Assembly (NCBI GenBank): GCA_040386535.1
Contig: JAZKFH010000006.1
Coordinates: forward strand, 35,980 to 99,979
DNA length: 64,000 nt
Source of the DNA: Myxococcota bacterium
GTDB taxonomy: Bacteria > Myxococcota_A > UBA796 > SXON01
Direction: 5' to 3'
Of this stretch, positions 47,062 through 57,093 are shown piece after piece (position 1 is the stretch's first letter; each line of letters begins with the position of its first letter). The notes beneath the pieces were generated by a model that saw only the letters and a program-made list of their open reading frames with translations, was not told the origin of the DNA and did no database searches. The translations under genes and the position numbers were made by a program.

Positions 47062-47742
47062 TCAGGAGGCGCGCCGGAACCCCTGGATCACGCCCGGAAG
47101 CTCCGCCATGTGATGGATCACGGCATCCGCACCACACCGCTCCATTTCCTCCCGGCGGAGGGCGCCCCACGTGACGCCGACCGTGTACACCCCCGCGGCG
47201 CGACCGCACTCTACGTCGTGGTTGGAGTCGCCGATGAAGAGCGCCTCCTCGGGGGCGGCGCCGAGGAGGGCCAGCGCCCGCTGAACGGGCTCGGGATGCG
47301 GCTTGTGGCGTTCGCAGCTCTCCATGCCCACGATGACGGGGAATGCCTCGGCGAGCCCCACCAGCTCGAGCGCGCGGATGGCCATGACCTCGCCCTTGCT
47401 GGTGACGAGCGCCATCGCGTGGCCCGCGCGGGCGAGCGCCAGGACCGTCTCGACCACGCCCTCGTAGGCCGTCACCAGCCGGTCGTGGTGGATCGTCTGG
47501 AACTCGCGGTACCGAGCCACCAGCCGCTCCACCTCGGTCTCGTCGCCCGTGTGGTCGCGGAACATGGCCCGCAGTGGCCGGCCGATCCCCGCCCGCCACT
47601 CGTCGTCGGTCGGCGGCCTACCTACGAAGTCGACGAACGCGTGCCTTCCCGCGCTGAGGATCAGCTCCACCGAGTCGACCAGGGTGCCGTCGAGGTCGAA
47701 GAGCAGGGCGGGGAGGTGGGGGAGGGAGGGGCCGGGGGTCAT
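47062..47742 (-). CDS. HAD-family hydrolase (PpaX/phosphoglycolate phosphatase-like)
   Basis: FDLDGTLVDS, VTSK, KPHPEP and IGDS..D. Confidence 0.92.
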   Translation of the reverse strand: MTPGPSLPHLPALLFDLDGTLVDSVELILSAGRHAFVDFVGRPPTDDEWRAGIGRPLRAMFRDHTGDETEVERLVARYREFQTIHHDRLVTAYEGVVETVLALARAGHAMALVTSKGEVMAIRALELVGLAEAFPVIVGMESCERHKPHPEPVQRALALLGAAPEEALFIGDSNHDVECGRAAGVYTVGVTWGALRREEMERCGADAVIHHMAELPGVIQGFRRAS

Positions 47743-47833
47743 CCGCCCTCCCTATGACGACGCGCACACCGGAGGCGTGGTCGCTTTCGCCCCGATCGCG
47801 GGCCGCCGTGAGGGCCCGACCGCAGGGTCATAG

Positions 47834-48038
47834 GTCATGTCCCCATGAATGCGCGCGGCACGGAGTCATGCCGGGTTGAACGCTCGGATCCAGGCTGCGA
47901 CGCTCCGCGGACTGCCGAAAAACGCCCTTGGTTCCGTGGTGCCAGCCGTAGGCAGCCCTGACTTGAGGGGCATCGACTTGATTTAGCGGCGTTCATGGTG
48001 GCATGACTTCGATTTAGCGGCGTTGAAGGGGGCATGAC
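47834..48038. mobile_element. MITE-like element, copy 2 (GTCATG...CATGAC, 31-bp-period ends)
   Basis: Left GTCATG at 47834 and 47865; right GCATGAC ending at 48007 and 48038. Shares gcggcgttcatgg.ggcatg with 13383-13566. Confidence 0.55.
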
Positions 48039-48537
48039 CCCGCCCTCGACGCGATCGCCTCGAGGGCTGAGCGAAGTGCAAGGGGGCCTCTGCGCGCAAG
48101 GCCCCCCGACTGGAACCGATCACCCCCCGGTGGTCGTCGTCCCGACGACATCCGCGGCGCGGGCCGGCGGCGGCATGGGCGCGCGCTCCTCGAGTGGGCG
48201 CCCAGCTGGGCGCGACCTCTCCGTCGGGGTGCCGCGACGGCCACTACCCGGGGGTCTACCGGTAGCACCCACGCGGCGTCTCGACATCGAGCCCCCGCGT
48301 GGTTGCCGTCGGCGCCGCCCGACGCTCCCACGCGCCAGGAACGCGAACAAGTCATGGGCAAGGCCAAGGGGGGCCGGATCCAGACGGCCGGGGCACCAGA
48401 CGACCCGGTAGATCGGACGCCACCGTCGCAGCCCTGTTCGGCGGCGCGCGCCCGCCCAGAGAACCTGACAAGGCTCACCCGCCGCGGTCGGCGCCGCCCC
48501 GGGCGCCGGGAACCGCGGCGAGCGCCTGCTCGAGACC

Positions 48538-50097
48538 CTACTTCCTGCGCCGAATCAACCCGGCGAGGCCGACGAGCACGCTCATCCCCATCCCCACGCC
48601 CGATCCGCTCGTGCTGCACGCGGCGTGCACCTCCACGTCGTCATCGTCCTTGCCCCCCACGGTCTCGGTCCCGTCGGTGCCCTCGGGGTCCTCCTCCACG
48701 ACCACGGGCTCGACCAGCTCGGCCGACCAGGTGAAGCCGTACTTGGTGTCGCCGTCCTTCAGCGGGGAGGCCACGAGCACCACGTCCTCGGCGCCGAAGT
48801 CGGGGAGGGTGACGGTGCCGACGCCGTCGACGATGTCGGCCACCACGACGCGCAGGATCTCGTCGCGCGTGACCTCGACCAGCTGGACGGACCAGGGCAC
48901 GTCCTCGTCCCCCTCGAACGTCACGACCAGGTCGCCCTCGCCGGCCTCCTGCTCGAAGCGGATGTAGGTCTGGCCGTAGCCCTGGGGGCGCGAGCTGCCG
49001 TCGACCTCGTCGCTGTCGGGGAGGTTGTCGATGGCGGCGCGCTCGTCCACGTTGGGGATGGCGTCCTGGTCGGCGTAGTCCATCACCGTGTTGCGCACGA
49101 TGAAGTCGGTGTAGGCGACGTCGAAGTCGAGATCGAGGTCGCGGAAGGCGTCGGCCATGCCGTAGGTGTAGGTGCCGCCAGCGCCCTCGCCGGCCTCCCA
49201 CGTGGCGAGGATGGTCTCGGGGCCGCCCACGTACTCGTCGAGGTACGCGCCCCAGATGCCCATGCCGTACATGTGCCAGAAGATGTCCTGGTCTTCCTGA
49301 TCCGAGGCGTTGAACGCCAGGTGCGGATTGTTGCTGTAGCCGGACGCGTAGTAGGCCCACCAGTCGGCGTTCGGGTACACCACGCCGCCGATGTAGGTGG
49401 CCGTGGCCTCCCACCACCAGAACTCCCAGGCGAACCCGTAGCCGAACTGGAGCGCGTGATTCAGCTCGTGAACGGCCATGGTCTCGGCCCAGGACCGGTT
49501 CGAGAACGAGCCCGCGTAGGCGACCATGTAGGGCACGAACCCGCGGCCGCAGCTCTCGACCGTCGTGTACGCGCCCTGGTAGTTTCCGTCCTGGACGTAG
49601 GCGAGCACGAGGTAGTCGTCGTTCTGGAGGGGCGCCTTCCAGCCGAGCTCGTCGACCTCGACGGTGTAGCCCTCCTCGAGCGCCGCGAGGAAGTCCTCGG
49701 CGGTGCCCTCGGAGATCGTGCCGGTGTCCCACTCGACGGCGAAGTGGGCGCTGGTGATGCGGTTCTCGCCCAGGCTGAAGCACGGCTCGGACGCGAAGGC
49801 CGCGGGGGGCGGCGGCGTGCTGCGGAGGGGCGCGACGGGCGCGAGCAGGTCGGACTTCCACGGCATGAGCGCGGAGGTGGCCCACGCGCGCTCGGCGGGG
49901 GTGAGCTCGTCGGCACGGAGCTTGAGCTCGTTCACCAGCGGCGTGAGGCAGGAATCGGGCCCCTCGTGGGAGAGGTGGTCCTCGACGGCGGCCATCAGCG
50001 CACGCGCCGACGTGGGCGTGACGTGGCCCGCGGGGGAGGGGGACCCGGGAGCGGCGCCCCCAGGAGCGGCGAGCACGGCGGCGACGAGGAGGAGCAT
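48538..50097 (-). CDS. Secreted zinc metalloprotease (MXAN_6640/DUF6055-like) with MYXO-CTERM-like tail
   Basis: Signal peptide, SAHFAVEW, HELNHALQFGY...WWWEATATY, and C-terminal ACST...LVGLAGLIRRRK. Confidence 0.85.
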   Translation of the reverse strand: MLLLVAAVLAAPGGAAPGSPSPAGHVTPTSARALMAAVEDHLSHEGPDSCLTPLVNELKLRADELTPAERAWATSALMPWKSDLLAPVAPLRSTPPPPAAFASEPCFSLGENRITSAHFAVEWDTGTISEGTAEDFLAALEEGYTVEVDELGWKAPLQNDDYLVLAYVQDGNYQGAYTTVESCGRGFVPYMVAYAGSFSNRSWAETMAVHELNHALQFGYGFAWEFWWWEATATYIGGVVYPNADWWAYYASGYSNNPHLAFNASDQEDQDIFWHMYGMGIWGAYLDEYVGGPETILATWEAGEGAGGTYTYGMADAFRDLDLDFDVAYTDFIVRNTVMDYADQDAIPNVDERAAIDNLPDSDEVDGSSRPQGYGQTYIRFEQEAGEGDLVVTFEGDEDVPWSVQLVEVTRDEILRVVVADIVDGVGTVTLPDFGAEDVVLVASPLKDGDTKYGFTWSAELVEPVVVEEDPEGTDGTETVGGKDDDDVEVHAACSTSGSGVGMGMSVLVGLAGLIRRRK

Positions 50098-50199
50098 TCG
50101 GACCTCAGGCGCGGCAGTGTGGCTCGTTCGCGGGCGGGTCGGGGTCAATTCCTGGTGGAGATGACGAAACGGGAGAGTGGCGGGGAGGTGCGTGCGGGG

Positions 50200-50645
50200 G
50201 CGGCAGGAACGGGGGGCAGGGAGGCGGGAGGGGGCAGGAAGGCCGGAGGGGGCGGGAAGGCAGGAAGGGGCAGGAAGGCAGGGGCAGGAAAGCAGGAAGG
50301 GGCAGGAAGGCAGGAAGGGGCAGGAAGGCAGGAAGGGGCAGGAAGGCCGGAGGGGGCAGGAAGGCAGGAAGGGGCAGGAAGGCAGGAAGAGAGGCGGGAG
50401 GCGAGGCCGGAGCAGAGCCCCGGCCACAGTCCCCGTTCCTGCCCCCCTCCTCCGCCCGCTTCCTTTTCCCTTCCTGCCTTCCTAGTTTCCTGCCTCCCTG
50501 CTTCTCCCTTCCGGTTCCCCTTCCTGCTTCTCCCTTCCGGTTCCTGCGTCCCCCTCCTGTTCCCCTTCCCGCCTTCCTTGTTTCCTGCCTTCCTGATTTT
50601 CCGGTTCCCCTTCCTGCGTCCTCTTCCGGTTCTCTCTCCTGCGTT
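50200..50645. repeat. Large GGCAGGAAG purine tract followed by an inverted CTTCCTG pyrimidine tract between divergent genes
   Basis: ~18-bp period ggggcaggaaggcaggaa at 50200-50390; cttcctg-rich block at 50460-50645. Confidence 0.85.
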
Positions 50646-50689
50646 CCCGAGTCCGCCCTCCCCCGCCCCCGTCAGGATAGGCCAGCCCC

Positions 50690-51292
50690 GTGTTCATCAC
50701 CATCGAAGGCCTCGACGGATCCGGCGGCACCACCCAGGTCGAGCGCCTGCGCGCGGAGTGGGCCCGCCGCGCCCCGGAACGAGAGGTCGTGTGTACGCGC
50801 GAGCCGTCGCCCGGGCCGGTCGGGCGCCTGCTGCGGCAAGCCCTGGCGGACGTGACCATCGGCGAGGGCGTGCTGCCCTACCTCTTCGCCGCCGACCGCC
50901 GCGATCACCTCGACCGCGTCGTGCTCCCCGCCCTCGCGCGCGGCGCCGTCGTGATCTCCGACCGGTACGCGCTCTCCTCGCTCGCGTACCAGTCGCTCGC
51001 CCTCGGCCTCGACAAGGTCGCGGCGCTCAACGCCGACTTCCCCGCGCCCGACCTGACCGTGCTGCTCGACCTCCCCCCCGCCGAATGCCTCGCCCGCATC
51101 GACGCGCGCGGGGCGGCCAAGGAGCGCTTCGAGACCTTGGCTCGGCTCGAGGAGATCGCCGCGGGCTACGAGGCCGCTCTCCTTCGCGTGCCGACGTGGC
51201 GCATCGCCAGGATCGACGCGGCAGGAACGCCCGACGACGTGGCCGCGCGTGTCACCGCCGCCGCGTTCCCCGAGGGCCCATGGCCGCGGTGA
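50690..51292 (+). CDS. tmk: Thymidylate kinase with variant P-loop
   Basis: FITIEGLDGSGGTTQ, TREPS, LFAADR..H, VISDRY..SSLAYQ and PDLTVLLD. Confidence 0.88.
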   Translation: MFITIEGLDGSGGTTQVERLRAEWARRAPEREVVCTREPSPGPVGRLLRQALADVTIGEGVLPYLFAADRRDHLDRVVLPALARGAVVISDRYALSSLAYQSLALGLDKVAALNADFPAPDLTVLLDLPPAECLARIDARGAAKERFETLARLEEIAAGYEAALLRVPTWRIARIDAAGTPDDVAARVTAAAFPEGPWPR

Positions 51293-51900
51293 TCCGCCCC
51301 GGCCGGATCGCCTACACCGACGCGTGGGCGCTCCAGAAGGAGCTGGTCGACCAGCGGGCCCGCGGCGAGATCGAAGACACGGTGATCGTCTGCGAGCACG
51401 ATCCCGTCTACACCGTGGGCCGGCGGCGCGACGCGATGGCGAACGTGCTCGCCGCGGGGGACGTGCCGGTGGTCGAGGTCGAGCGCGGCGGCGACGTGAC
51501 GTGGCACGGGCCGGGCCAGGTCGTCGTGTACCCGATCGTGCTGCTGGAGGGCGAGAAGCGCGATCTGCACGCGCACATGCACCGCCTGGAAGAGCTGATG
51601 ATCGACGTGTGTGCCGACTTCGGCATCGCGGCGGGCCGCGACCAGCGCAACACGGGCGCGTGGGTCCCCAACGACGCGGGCGTGTCCCACAAGATCGGCA
51701 GCGTCGGCATCGCGTGCCGCCGCTGGGTCACGTGGCACGGGCTCGCGCTCAACGTCGACCCCGATCTCGGCTATTTCGCGCGCATCAACCCGTGCGGCTT
51801 CGACGCGACGATCATGACGTCGATGGCCCGGGTGCTCGGGCGCGCGGTCGACGTGGACGCCGTCGCGGCGCGGATCGTGGAGCGGGTCCAGGCCTGGTAG
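51280..51900 (+). CDS. lipB: Lipoyl(octanoyl) transferase
   Basis: EHDPVYTVG, ERGGDVTWHGPGQ.V.YP, KIGSVG, HGLALNV and INPCG. Confidence 0.95.
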   Translation: MAAVIRPGRIAYTDAWALQKELVDQRARGEIEDTVIVCEHDPVYTVGRRRDAMANVLAAGDVPVVEVERGGDVTWHGPGQVVVYPIVLLEGEKRDLHAHMHRLEELMIDVCADFGIAAGRDQRNTGAWVPNDAGVSHKIGSVGIACRRWVTWHGLALNVDPDLGYFARINPCGFDATIMTSMARVLGRAVDVDAVAARIVERVQAW

Positions 51901-51967
51901 GCGGTGTCCTCCTGGTAGCGCCCAGGCGACCTCATCGCCGACCGCGCCGCAGCGGTTAGGAGCGCGC

Positions 51968-54826
51968 ATGAAGTCGCTCCTCCGGCTGCAGGTCAACGGC
52001 GAGCCGGTACAGCTCGCCGTGCCCGACCATTGGACCCTCCTCGAGGCCCTGCGCTACGAGCTCGGCCTCACCGGCACGAAGCAGGGCTGCGACAAGGGCG
52101 ATTGTGGTGCGTGCACCGTGCTCTCCGACGGCCAGCCCGTCCTGTCGTGCTGCATGCTCGCGCGCGCCGCCGAGGGCCACGCGATCACCACGATCGAGGG
52201 CCTCGCCACACCCGAGGGCCCGGATCCGGTCCAGCGCGCGTTCGACGTGTCGGGCGCGCTCCAGTGCGGGTTCTGCCAGCCCGGCATGATCCTCTCGGCC
52301 AAGGCGCTGCTCGCCCGCTCGCCGGACCCGTCGGACGCCGAGCTGCGCGAGGCCCTCTCCGGCAACCTCTGTCGGTGCACCGGCTACACCAAGATCTTCG
52401 AGGCCGTGCGCCTCGCGGCCAAGGGGTTCCCCCGCCACGCGCCGCTCCTGTCGGGCCCCCCGGCCGAGGGGTTCCTCGTGCTCGGCGCCCGTGGTCGCAA
52501 GGCGGACTCGATCGCCAAGGCCACCGGCGAGGCCGTCTACGCTGACGACATCGTGCTCCCCCGCATGGCGCACGGCAAGATCCTCCGCTCGCCGCACGCC
52601 CACGCGCGCATCCTCTCCATCGACACGTCCGCCGCCAGCGCGATGCCCGGCGTGTTCGCCGTGCTCGTCGGCAGCGAGCTCCCCACGCCCTTCTGCGTCA
52701 TCCCGTGGACCCCCGACGAGACCGCCCTCGCCATCGGCAAGGTGCGCTACGTCGGCGAGGGCGTGGCCGCCGTGGCCGCGGTCGACGAGGACACCGCGAA
52801 CGCCGCGTGCGCCGCCATCAAGGTCGTCTACGAGCCGCTCCCCGCCGTGATCGAGCCTGCCGCGGCCCTCGCGCCCGGCGCCCCGCTGGTGCACGAGGTC
52901 GACTGGAAGGGCCGCCCCTGGGAGAACAACGTCTGCAAGGAGGTCGATCTCTCCTTCGGCGAGGTGGACGCGGGTTTTGCCGCCGCCGCCGCGATCACCG
53001 AGGGGCAGTGGTTCTACGAGGGCTCGACCCACGCGCCGATCGAGCCGCACTGCGCGCTCGCCACGTGGTCGCCCGACGGGCAGCTCACGATGTGGTCCGC
53101 GTCGCAAGTGACGCACTACCTGCACCGCGAGCTCGCGCACGTGCTCCGCATCCCCACCGAGAAGATCCGCGTCATCCAGCCCGTGCTCGGCGGCGCGTTC
53201 GGCGGCAAGTCCGAGCCGTTCGATCTGGAGTTCTGCGTGGCTGCGCTCGCGAAGAAGGCGGGCCGCCCGGTCAAGATCCTCTACACGCGCGAGGAGGTCT
53301 TCTACAGCCACCGCGGCCGCCACCCGGCGGACATGCGGTTCAAGGTCGGTTGCGACGCGACCGGCAAGATCACCGCCGTGGAGAGCGACATCACGCTCGA
53401 CGGCGGCGCCTACCACAGCTTCGGCCTGGTCACCGCCTACTACGCCGGGCAGCTGCTCGCGGGGCCGACCGCGTTCGGCAGCTACCGCTTCAAGAGCCGC
53501 CGCGTCTACACGAACAAGCCGTGTTGTGGCCCCAAGCGCGGGCACGGCAGCGTGCAGCCGCGGTTCGCCTTCGAGACCGCGCTGGACGAGGTCGCGGAGA
53601 AGCTCAACATCGATCCGATCGAGATCCGCCGTCGCAACGCGATGAAGCCGGGCGACCGCACGATCAACGGCCAGCTGGTGCCCTCCACGGGCCTCGGCGC
53701 CTGCCTGGACGCGGTGGCCGGCCCGTCCAGCTGGACCGAGCGGCACGGCAAGCTCCCGCGCGGCCGCGGCCTCGGCGTGGCCTGCTCGATGTACATCTCG
53801 GGCACGGCGTACCCGGTCTACCCCAACGAGATGCCCCAGTCCGGCGTGATGCTTCGCGGCGATCGTGGCGGCAAGATCACCGTCTTCTGCGGCGCCAACG
53901 ACATCGGCCAGGGCAGCGACGGCATGCTCGCCTACATCGTCGCCGAGGAGACGGGCGTGCCCCCCGACGACATCACCGTCGTGAGCGCGGACACGGATCT
54001 GGTCCCGGTCGACCTCGGCGCCTACTCCTCGCGCGTGACCTACATGTGCGGCATCGCCGCGCAGGAAGCGGCGCGCAACATGCGCAAGCGGATGGTCGCG
54101 GCCGTGGCCGTCAAGCTCGCGATCCCCGAGGATCAGGTGCTCGTGGCGCTCGGCAGCTACCACGACAAGGCCGACCCGGGCCGCATGGTCAAGGCACGCG
54201 AGGCGCTGATCCTCGCCGAGGCCGCGGCGGGCGTGCCCCTGGTGGAGACCGGCGGCTACCGCACCCGCAAGGTGGGCGGCGAGTACCGCGGCGGCACGAT
54301 CGGCGCCTCCCCCGCGTACTCGACCACCGCGCACGTGTGCGAGGTCACGGTCGACGAGGAGACCGGCATCGTCCGGGTCGAGAAGGTGTGGGCGGCGCAC
54401 GACTGCGGGCGCGCGCTCAACCCCACGATGGTCGAGGGCCAGATCGAGGGCAGCGTGTACATGGGCTACGCCGAGGCGCTGATGGAGGCCCACACGTTCG
54501 ACGAGCGCGGCCTCCACTCCGGGCCGAACCTGCTCGACTACCGCATCCCGACCAGCGCGGAGTGCCCCGACTTCTTCGCGAAGATCATCGAGACCATCGA
54601 TCCGGGCGGCCCCTACGGCGCCAAGGAGGCCGGCGAGGGCCCCCTCCACCCCATCATCCCCGCCATCGCCAACGCGATCTACGACGCGGTGGGGATCCGC
54701 CTCCGCCGCCTGCCGTTCACGCCCGACCGCGTGCTCGCGGCCATCCGCGAGCGGGACGCCGCCGCCTCCGGTGCTCCCGAAGCCGCTGCGGGCGCCGCCG
54801 CCAACGACCAGGGTGCCGCATGCTGA
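51968..54826 (+). CDS. Xanthine-oxidase-family molybdoenzyme: fused 2x[2Fe-2S] and Mo-binding subunits (HcrC-HcrA-like)
   Basis: GC..GDCGACTV, QCGFCQPG, NLCRCTGY, then ILRSPHAHA, GGAFGGK, RGHG, DIGQG, VEGQIEG and GAKEAGE. Confidence 0.92.
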   Translation: MKSLLRLQVNGEPVQLAVPDHWTLLEALRYELGLTGTKQGCDKGDCGACTVLSDGQPVLSCCMLARAAEGHAITTIEGLATPEGPDPVQRAFDVSGALQCGFCQPGMILSAKALLARSPDPSDAELREALSGNLCRCTGYTKIFEAVRLAAKGFPRHAPLLSGPPAEGFLVLGARGRKADSIAKATGEAVYADDIVLPRMAHGKILRSPHAHARILSIDTSAASAMPGVFAVLVGSELPTPFCVIPWTPDETALAIGKVRYVGEGVAAVAAVDEDTANAACAAIKVVYEPLPAVIEPAAALAPGAPLVHEVDWKGRPWENNVCKEVDLSFGEVDAGFAAAAAITEGQWFYEGSTHAPIEPHCALATWSPDGQLTMWSASQVTHYLHRELAHVLRIPTEKIRVIQPVLGGAFGGKSEPFDLEFCVAALAKKAGRPVKILYTREEVFYSHRGRHPADMRFKVGCDATGKITAVESDITLDGGAYHSFGLVTAYYAGQLLAGPTAFGSYRFKSRRVYTNKPCCGPKRGHGSVQPRFAFETALDEVAEKLNIDPIEIRRRNAMKPGDRTINGQLVPSTGLGACLDAVAGPSSWTERHGKLPRGRGLGVACSMYISGTAYPVYPNEMPQSGVMLRGDRGGKITVFCGANDIGQGSDGMLAYIVAEETGVPPDDITVVSADTDLVPVDLGAYSSRVTYMCGIAAQEAARNMRKRMVAAVAVKLAIPEDQVLVALGSYHDKADPGRMVKAREALILAEAAAGVPLVETGGYRTRKVGGEYRGGTIGASPAYSTTAHVCEVTVDEETGIVRVEKVWAAHDCGRALNPTMVEGQIEGSVYMGYAEALMEAHTFDERGLHSGPNLLDYRIPTSAECPDFFAKIIETIDPGGPYGAKEAGEGPLHPIIPAIANAIYDAVGIRLRRLPFTPDRVLAAIRERDAAASGAPEAAAGAAANDQGAAC

Positions 54827-55791
54827 GGATGGAGCCCTTCACCTTCAAGCCCGCGCGCACCTACGAGGACGCGCTCGCGCTCTGGATGGCGGCCGAGGCG
54901 CCGATGTACGTCGCCGGCGGCACCGATCTGCTGCCGAACCTCAAGCACGGAATCGTGAGCCCACGCACGCTCGTGAGCCTGGGCGAGATCCCGGGCGGCA
55001 TCACCGAGGAGGCCGACACGATCGTGATCGGCGCGGCCACCAAGCTGAACGTGCTCGCGACGAACGACCTCATCCGCACGCTGCTTCCGCCGCTCGCCCG
55101 GGCCGCCGGCCTTGTCGCCGGGCCGCAGATCCGCGCGATGGGGACGCTCGGCGGCAACGTGCTGCTCGACACCCGCTGCCTCTTCTACAACCAGACCGCG
55201 TTCTGGCGGGGCGCGCTCGGCCACTGCCTCAAGGCCGACGGCACCTGGTGCCACGTCATCAACGGCCCGAAGACCTGCGTGGCGGCCCAGTCCTCCGACA
55301 CCGTGCCCGTGCTGCTCGCGCTCGACGCGTCGCTCCGCTTCATCGGCCCCGAGGGCGCGCGCACGCTCGCCATCCGCGATCTGTACCGGTTCAACGGCAT
55401 GGATCACCTCGCCATCCAGAAGGGCGAGCTGCTCACCACCATCGTGGTGCCGAAGCCCGCGGCCGGCTTCCGCGGCAGCTACCAGAAGCTCCGCACGCGC
55501 GACTCCATCGACTATCCGCAGCTCGGCGTCGCGATCGTCGGCACGTTCGACGGGCCGGTGCCCACCACGCTCGAGATCGTCATCGGCGCCGCGAACCCGC
55601 AGCCCAAGCCGATCCGCGGCCTCGAGGTCTTCCTCGGTCAGCCCCTCGACGAGGCCCGCGCCGCCGCGATCGCAGACCTCGTCCACAAGCAGACGCGTCC
55701 GCAGGCGGCCGTGCACGGCGACCCGGCGTGGCGCCGCCAGATGGCGAGCGTGTTCACGCGGCGCGGGCTGCTCGCGCTGGCCGCCGGGTAG
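54820..55791 (+). CDS. FAD-binding subunit with [4Fe-4S] insertion (HcrB-like)
   Basis: AGGTDLLPNLK and GTLGGN.LLDTRC.FYNQ..FWR.A..HCLK..G..CHV......CVA. Confidence 0.9.
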   Translation: MLRMEPFTFKPARTYEDALALWMAAEAPMYVAGGTDLLPNLKHGIVSPRTLVSLGEIPGGITEEADTIVIGAATKLNVLATNDLIRTLLPPLARAAGLVAGPQIRAMGTLGGNVLLDTRCLFYNQTAFWRGALGHCLKADGTWCHVINGPKTCVAAQSSDTVPVLLALDASLRFIGPEGARTLAIRDLYRFNGMDHLAIQKGELLTTIVVPKPAAGFRGSYQKLRTRDSIDYPQLGVAIVGTFDGPVPTTLEIVIGAANPQPKPIRGLEVFLGQPLDEARAAAIADLVHKQTRPQAAVHGDPAWRRQMASVFTRRGLLALAAG

Positions 55792-55794
55792 GCC

Positions 55795-56343
55795 TCAGAG
55801 CTTGTAGGGAGCGGCCTCGTCGAAGTCCCACTCGACCGAGATCGCACTGATGCCGCACGCGTCGTCCCCGTCGTCCCACTCCACGCGCTCGACGGTGAGG
55901 CTCCCGGCCGCCCCGTCCGCGCTGTAGGTCGAGCTTTCGCCCTGGGTTCCGGTGCGCCGGCCGCCGTTGGCGTCGTCCAGGTAGGGCGTGACGGTCGCGG
56001 CGTCGCCACTGGTGGAGGCCCACTCGACACACAACGTGTCCGCACCGCAGAACGCGTCCGGCTCCCGGTCGAGCGGCACGCACGCATCGCCGCGTTGCCC
56101 GCCCTCCTCGTCGCGCTCGACGTAGCCGCCGGCGCCCCCGAACGCGGTGTTCGCCGGATCCGATCCCGCGGCCGTTCCCGTCGCCTCGATCCCGAGCTCG
56201 CCCTCCGCCGAGTCGAGCTCCATGGACACGGTGCCGCCTCCGAAGCGGGCGGGCGCGTCGCCTCCCGAACAGCCGCCGAGCGCGGGCAGGGTCGAGACGA
56301 GAGCGACGAGGACGAGCGCGGTGGACCAGGTCGGGTGGGGCAT
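55795..56343 (-). CDS. Hypothetical lipoprotein
   Basis: Signal peptide ending ALGGC; acidic mature part. Confidence 0.7.
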   Translation of the reverse strand: MPHPTWSTALVLVALVSTLPALGGCSGGDAPARFGGGTVSMELDSAEGELGIEATGTAAGSDPANTAFGGAGGYVERDEEGGQRGDACVPLDREPDAFCGADTLCVEWASTSGDAATVTPYLDDANGGRRTGTQGESSTYSADGAAGSLTVERVEWDDGDDACGISAISVEWDFDEAAPYKL

Positions 56344-56541
56344 CTCGCAGGCTAGCCGCGCCGCGCGGCGACCACAAGCGCAATCGCTCGCCGGCCCGTC
56401 TGGGCGCGACCCGGGCGCGGACGCCCGGGCCGGGCTCCTCGCGGGGTCGCGGCAAAGCCGCTCCGTTCGGGCTCCCCGGCGCCCGCGCCGGACGCACGGA
56501 ACCGCGCGGCCCGCCGCGCGCCCGCCGGATCCCTCGCGCCC

Positions 56542-57042
56542 CTACTCCTTGCAGATCCCGTCCAGGTACTCGATGTACCCGCTCTCGACCGTGCCGAGCC
56601 GGGCATCGACCGCCAGGCCGTCGTGGGTGGCGGAGCCGCACCGCTGCTCCCGCACACTCTGGACGTACCAGTCGGCGCGGGCTCCGCCGTCGCAGACCAC
56701 GAGCGTCGCGTAGCAGTCGCCCACCCCGGCGGGCAGGCCGTAGACCTGGGCGGCGCACCGCGCGGCCGCCTCGCTCAAGTAGTCGGACGGGTCGTAGGTC
56801 TCTGGCGTGCCGCAGTACATCGTGCGCTCCAGCGTCACCTCGCCGGGGTCGCCGTGGCCATGCGCCGCCACGCAGCACGCCACGCCCTCCTCCACCGAAG
56901 CGCAGCCGTCCGCGCAGGAATCGACGGGGCAGGCCTCGGTGCCGTCGGCCTCGGCGAGGGTGCACGCCTCGTCGGCGGGGCCGGTGTCGGCCGGGGGCTC
57001 GGCCAGGCACGCGGAGAGCAGGATCAAGGAGAGGATGCGCAT
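56542..57042 (-). CDS. Cys-rich lipoprotein
   Basis: MRILSLILLSAC lipobox and about 12 further Cys. Confidence 0.75.
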   Translation of the reverse strand: MRILSLILLSACLAEPPADTGPADEACTLAEADGTEACPVDSCADGCASVEEGVACCVAAHGHGDPGEVTLERTMYCGTPETYDPSDYLSEAAARCAAQVYGLPAGVGDCYATLVVCDGGARADWYVQSVREQRCGSATHDGLAVDARLGTVESGYIEYLDGICKE

Positions 57043-57093
57043 CCCGCGTCCGTATCCCGAAGCCGTAGCACATCGCGACGGCGCGTTTGGCAC

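Noticed and set aside
48625..51900. 1091-aa ORF as a LipB fusion
   Set aside because: The N-terminal part is antisense to the metalloprotease and runs through low-complexity repeats; only 51280-51900 is LipB.
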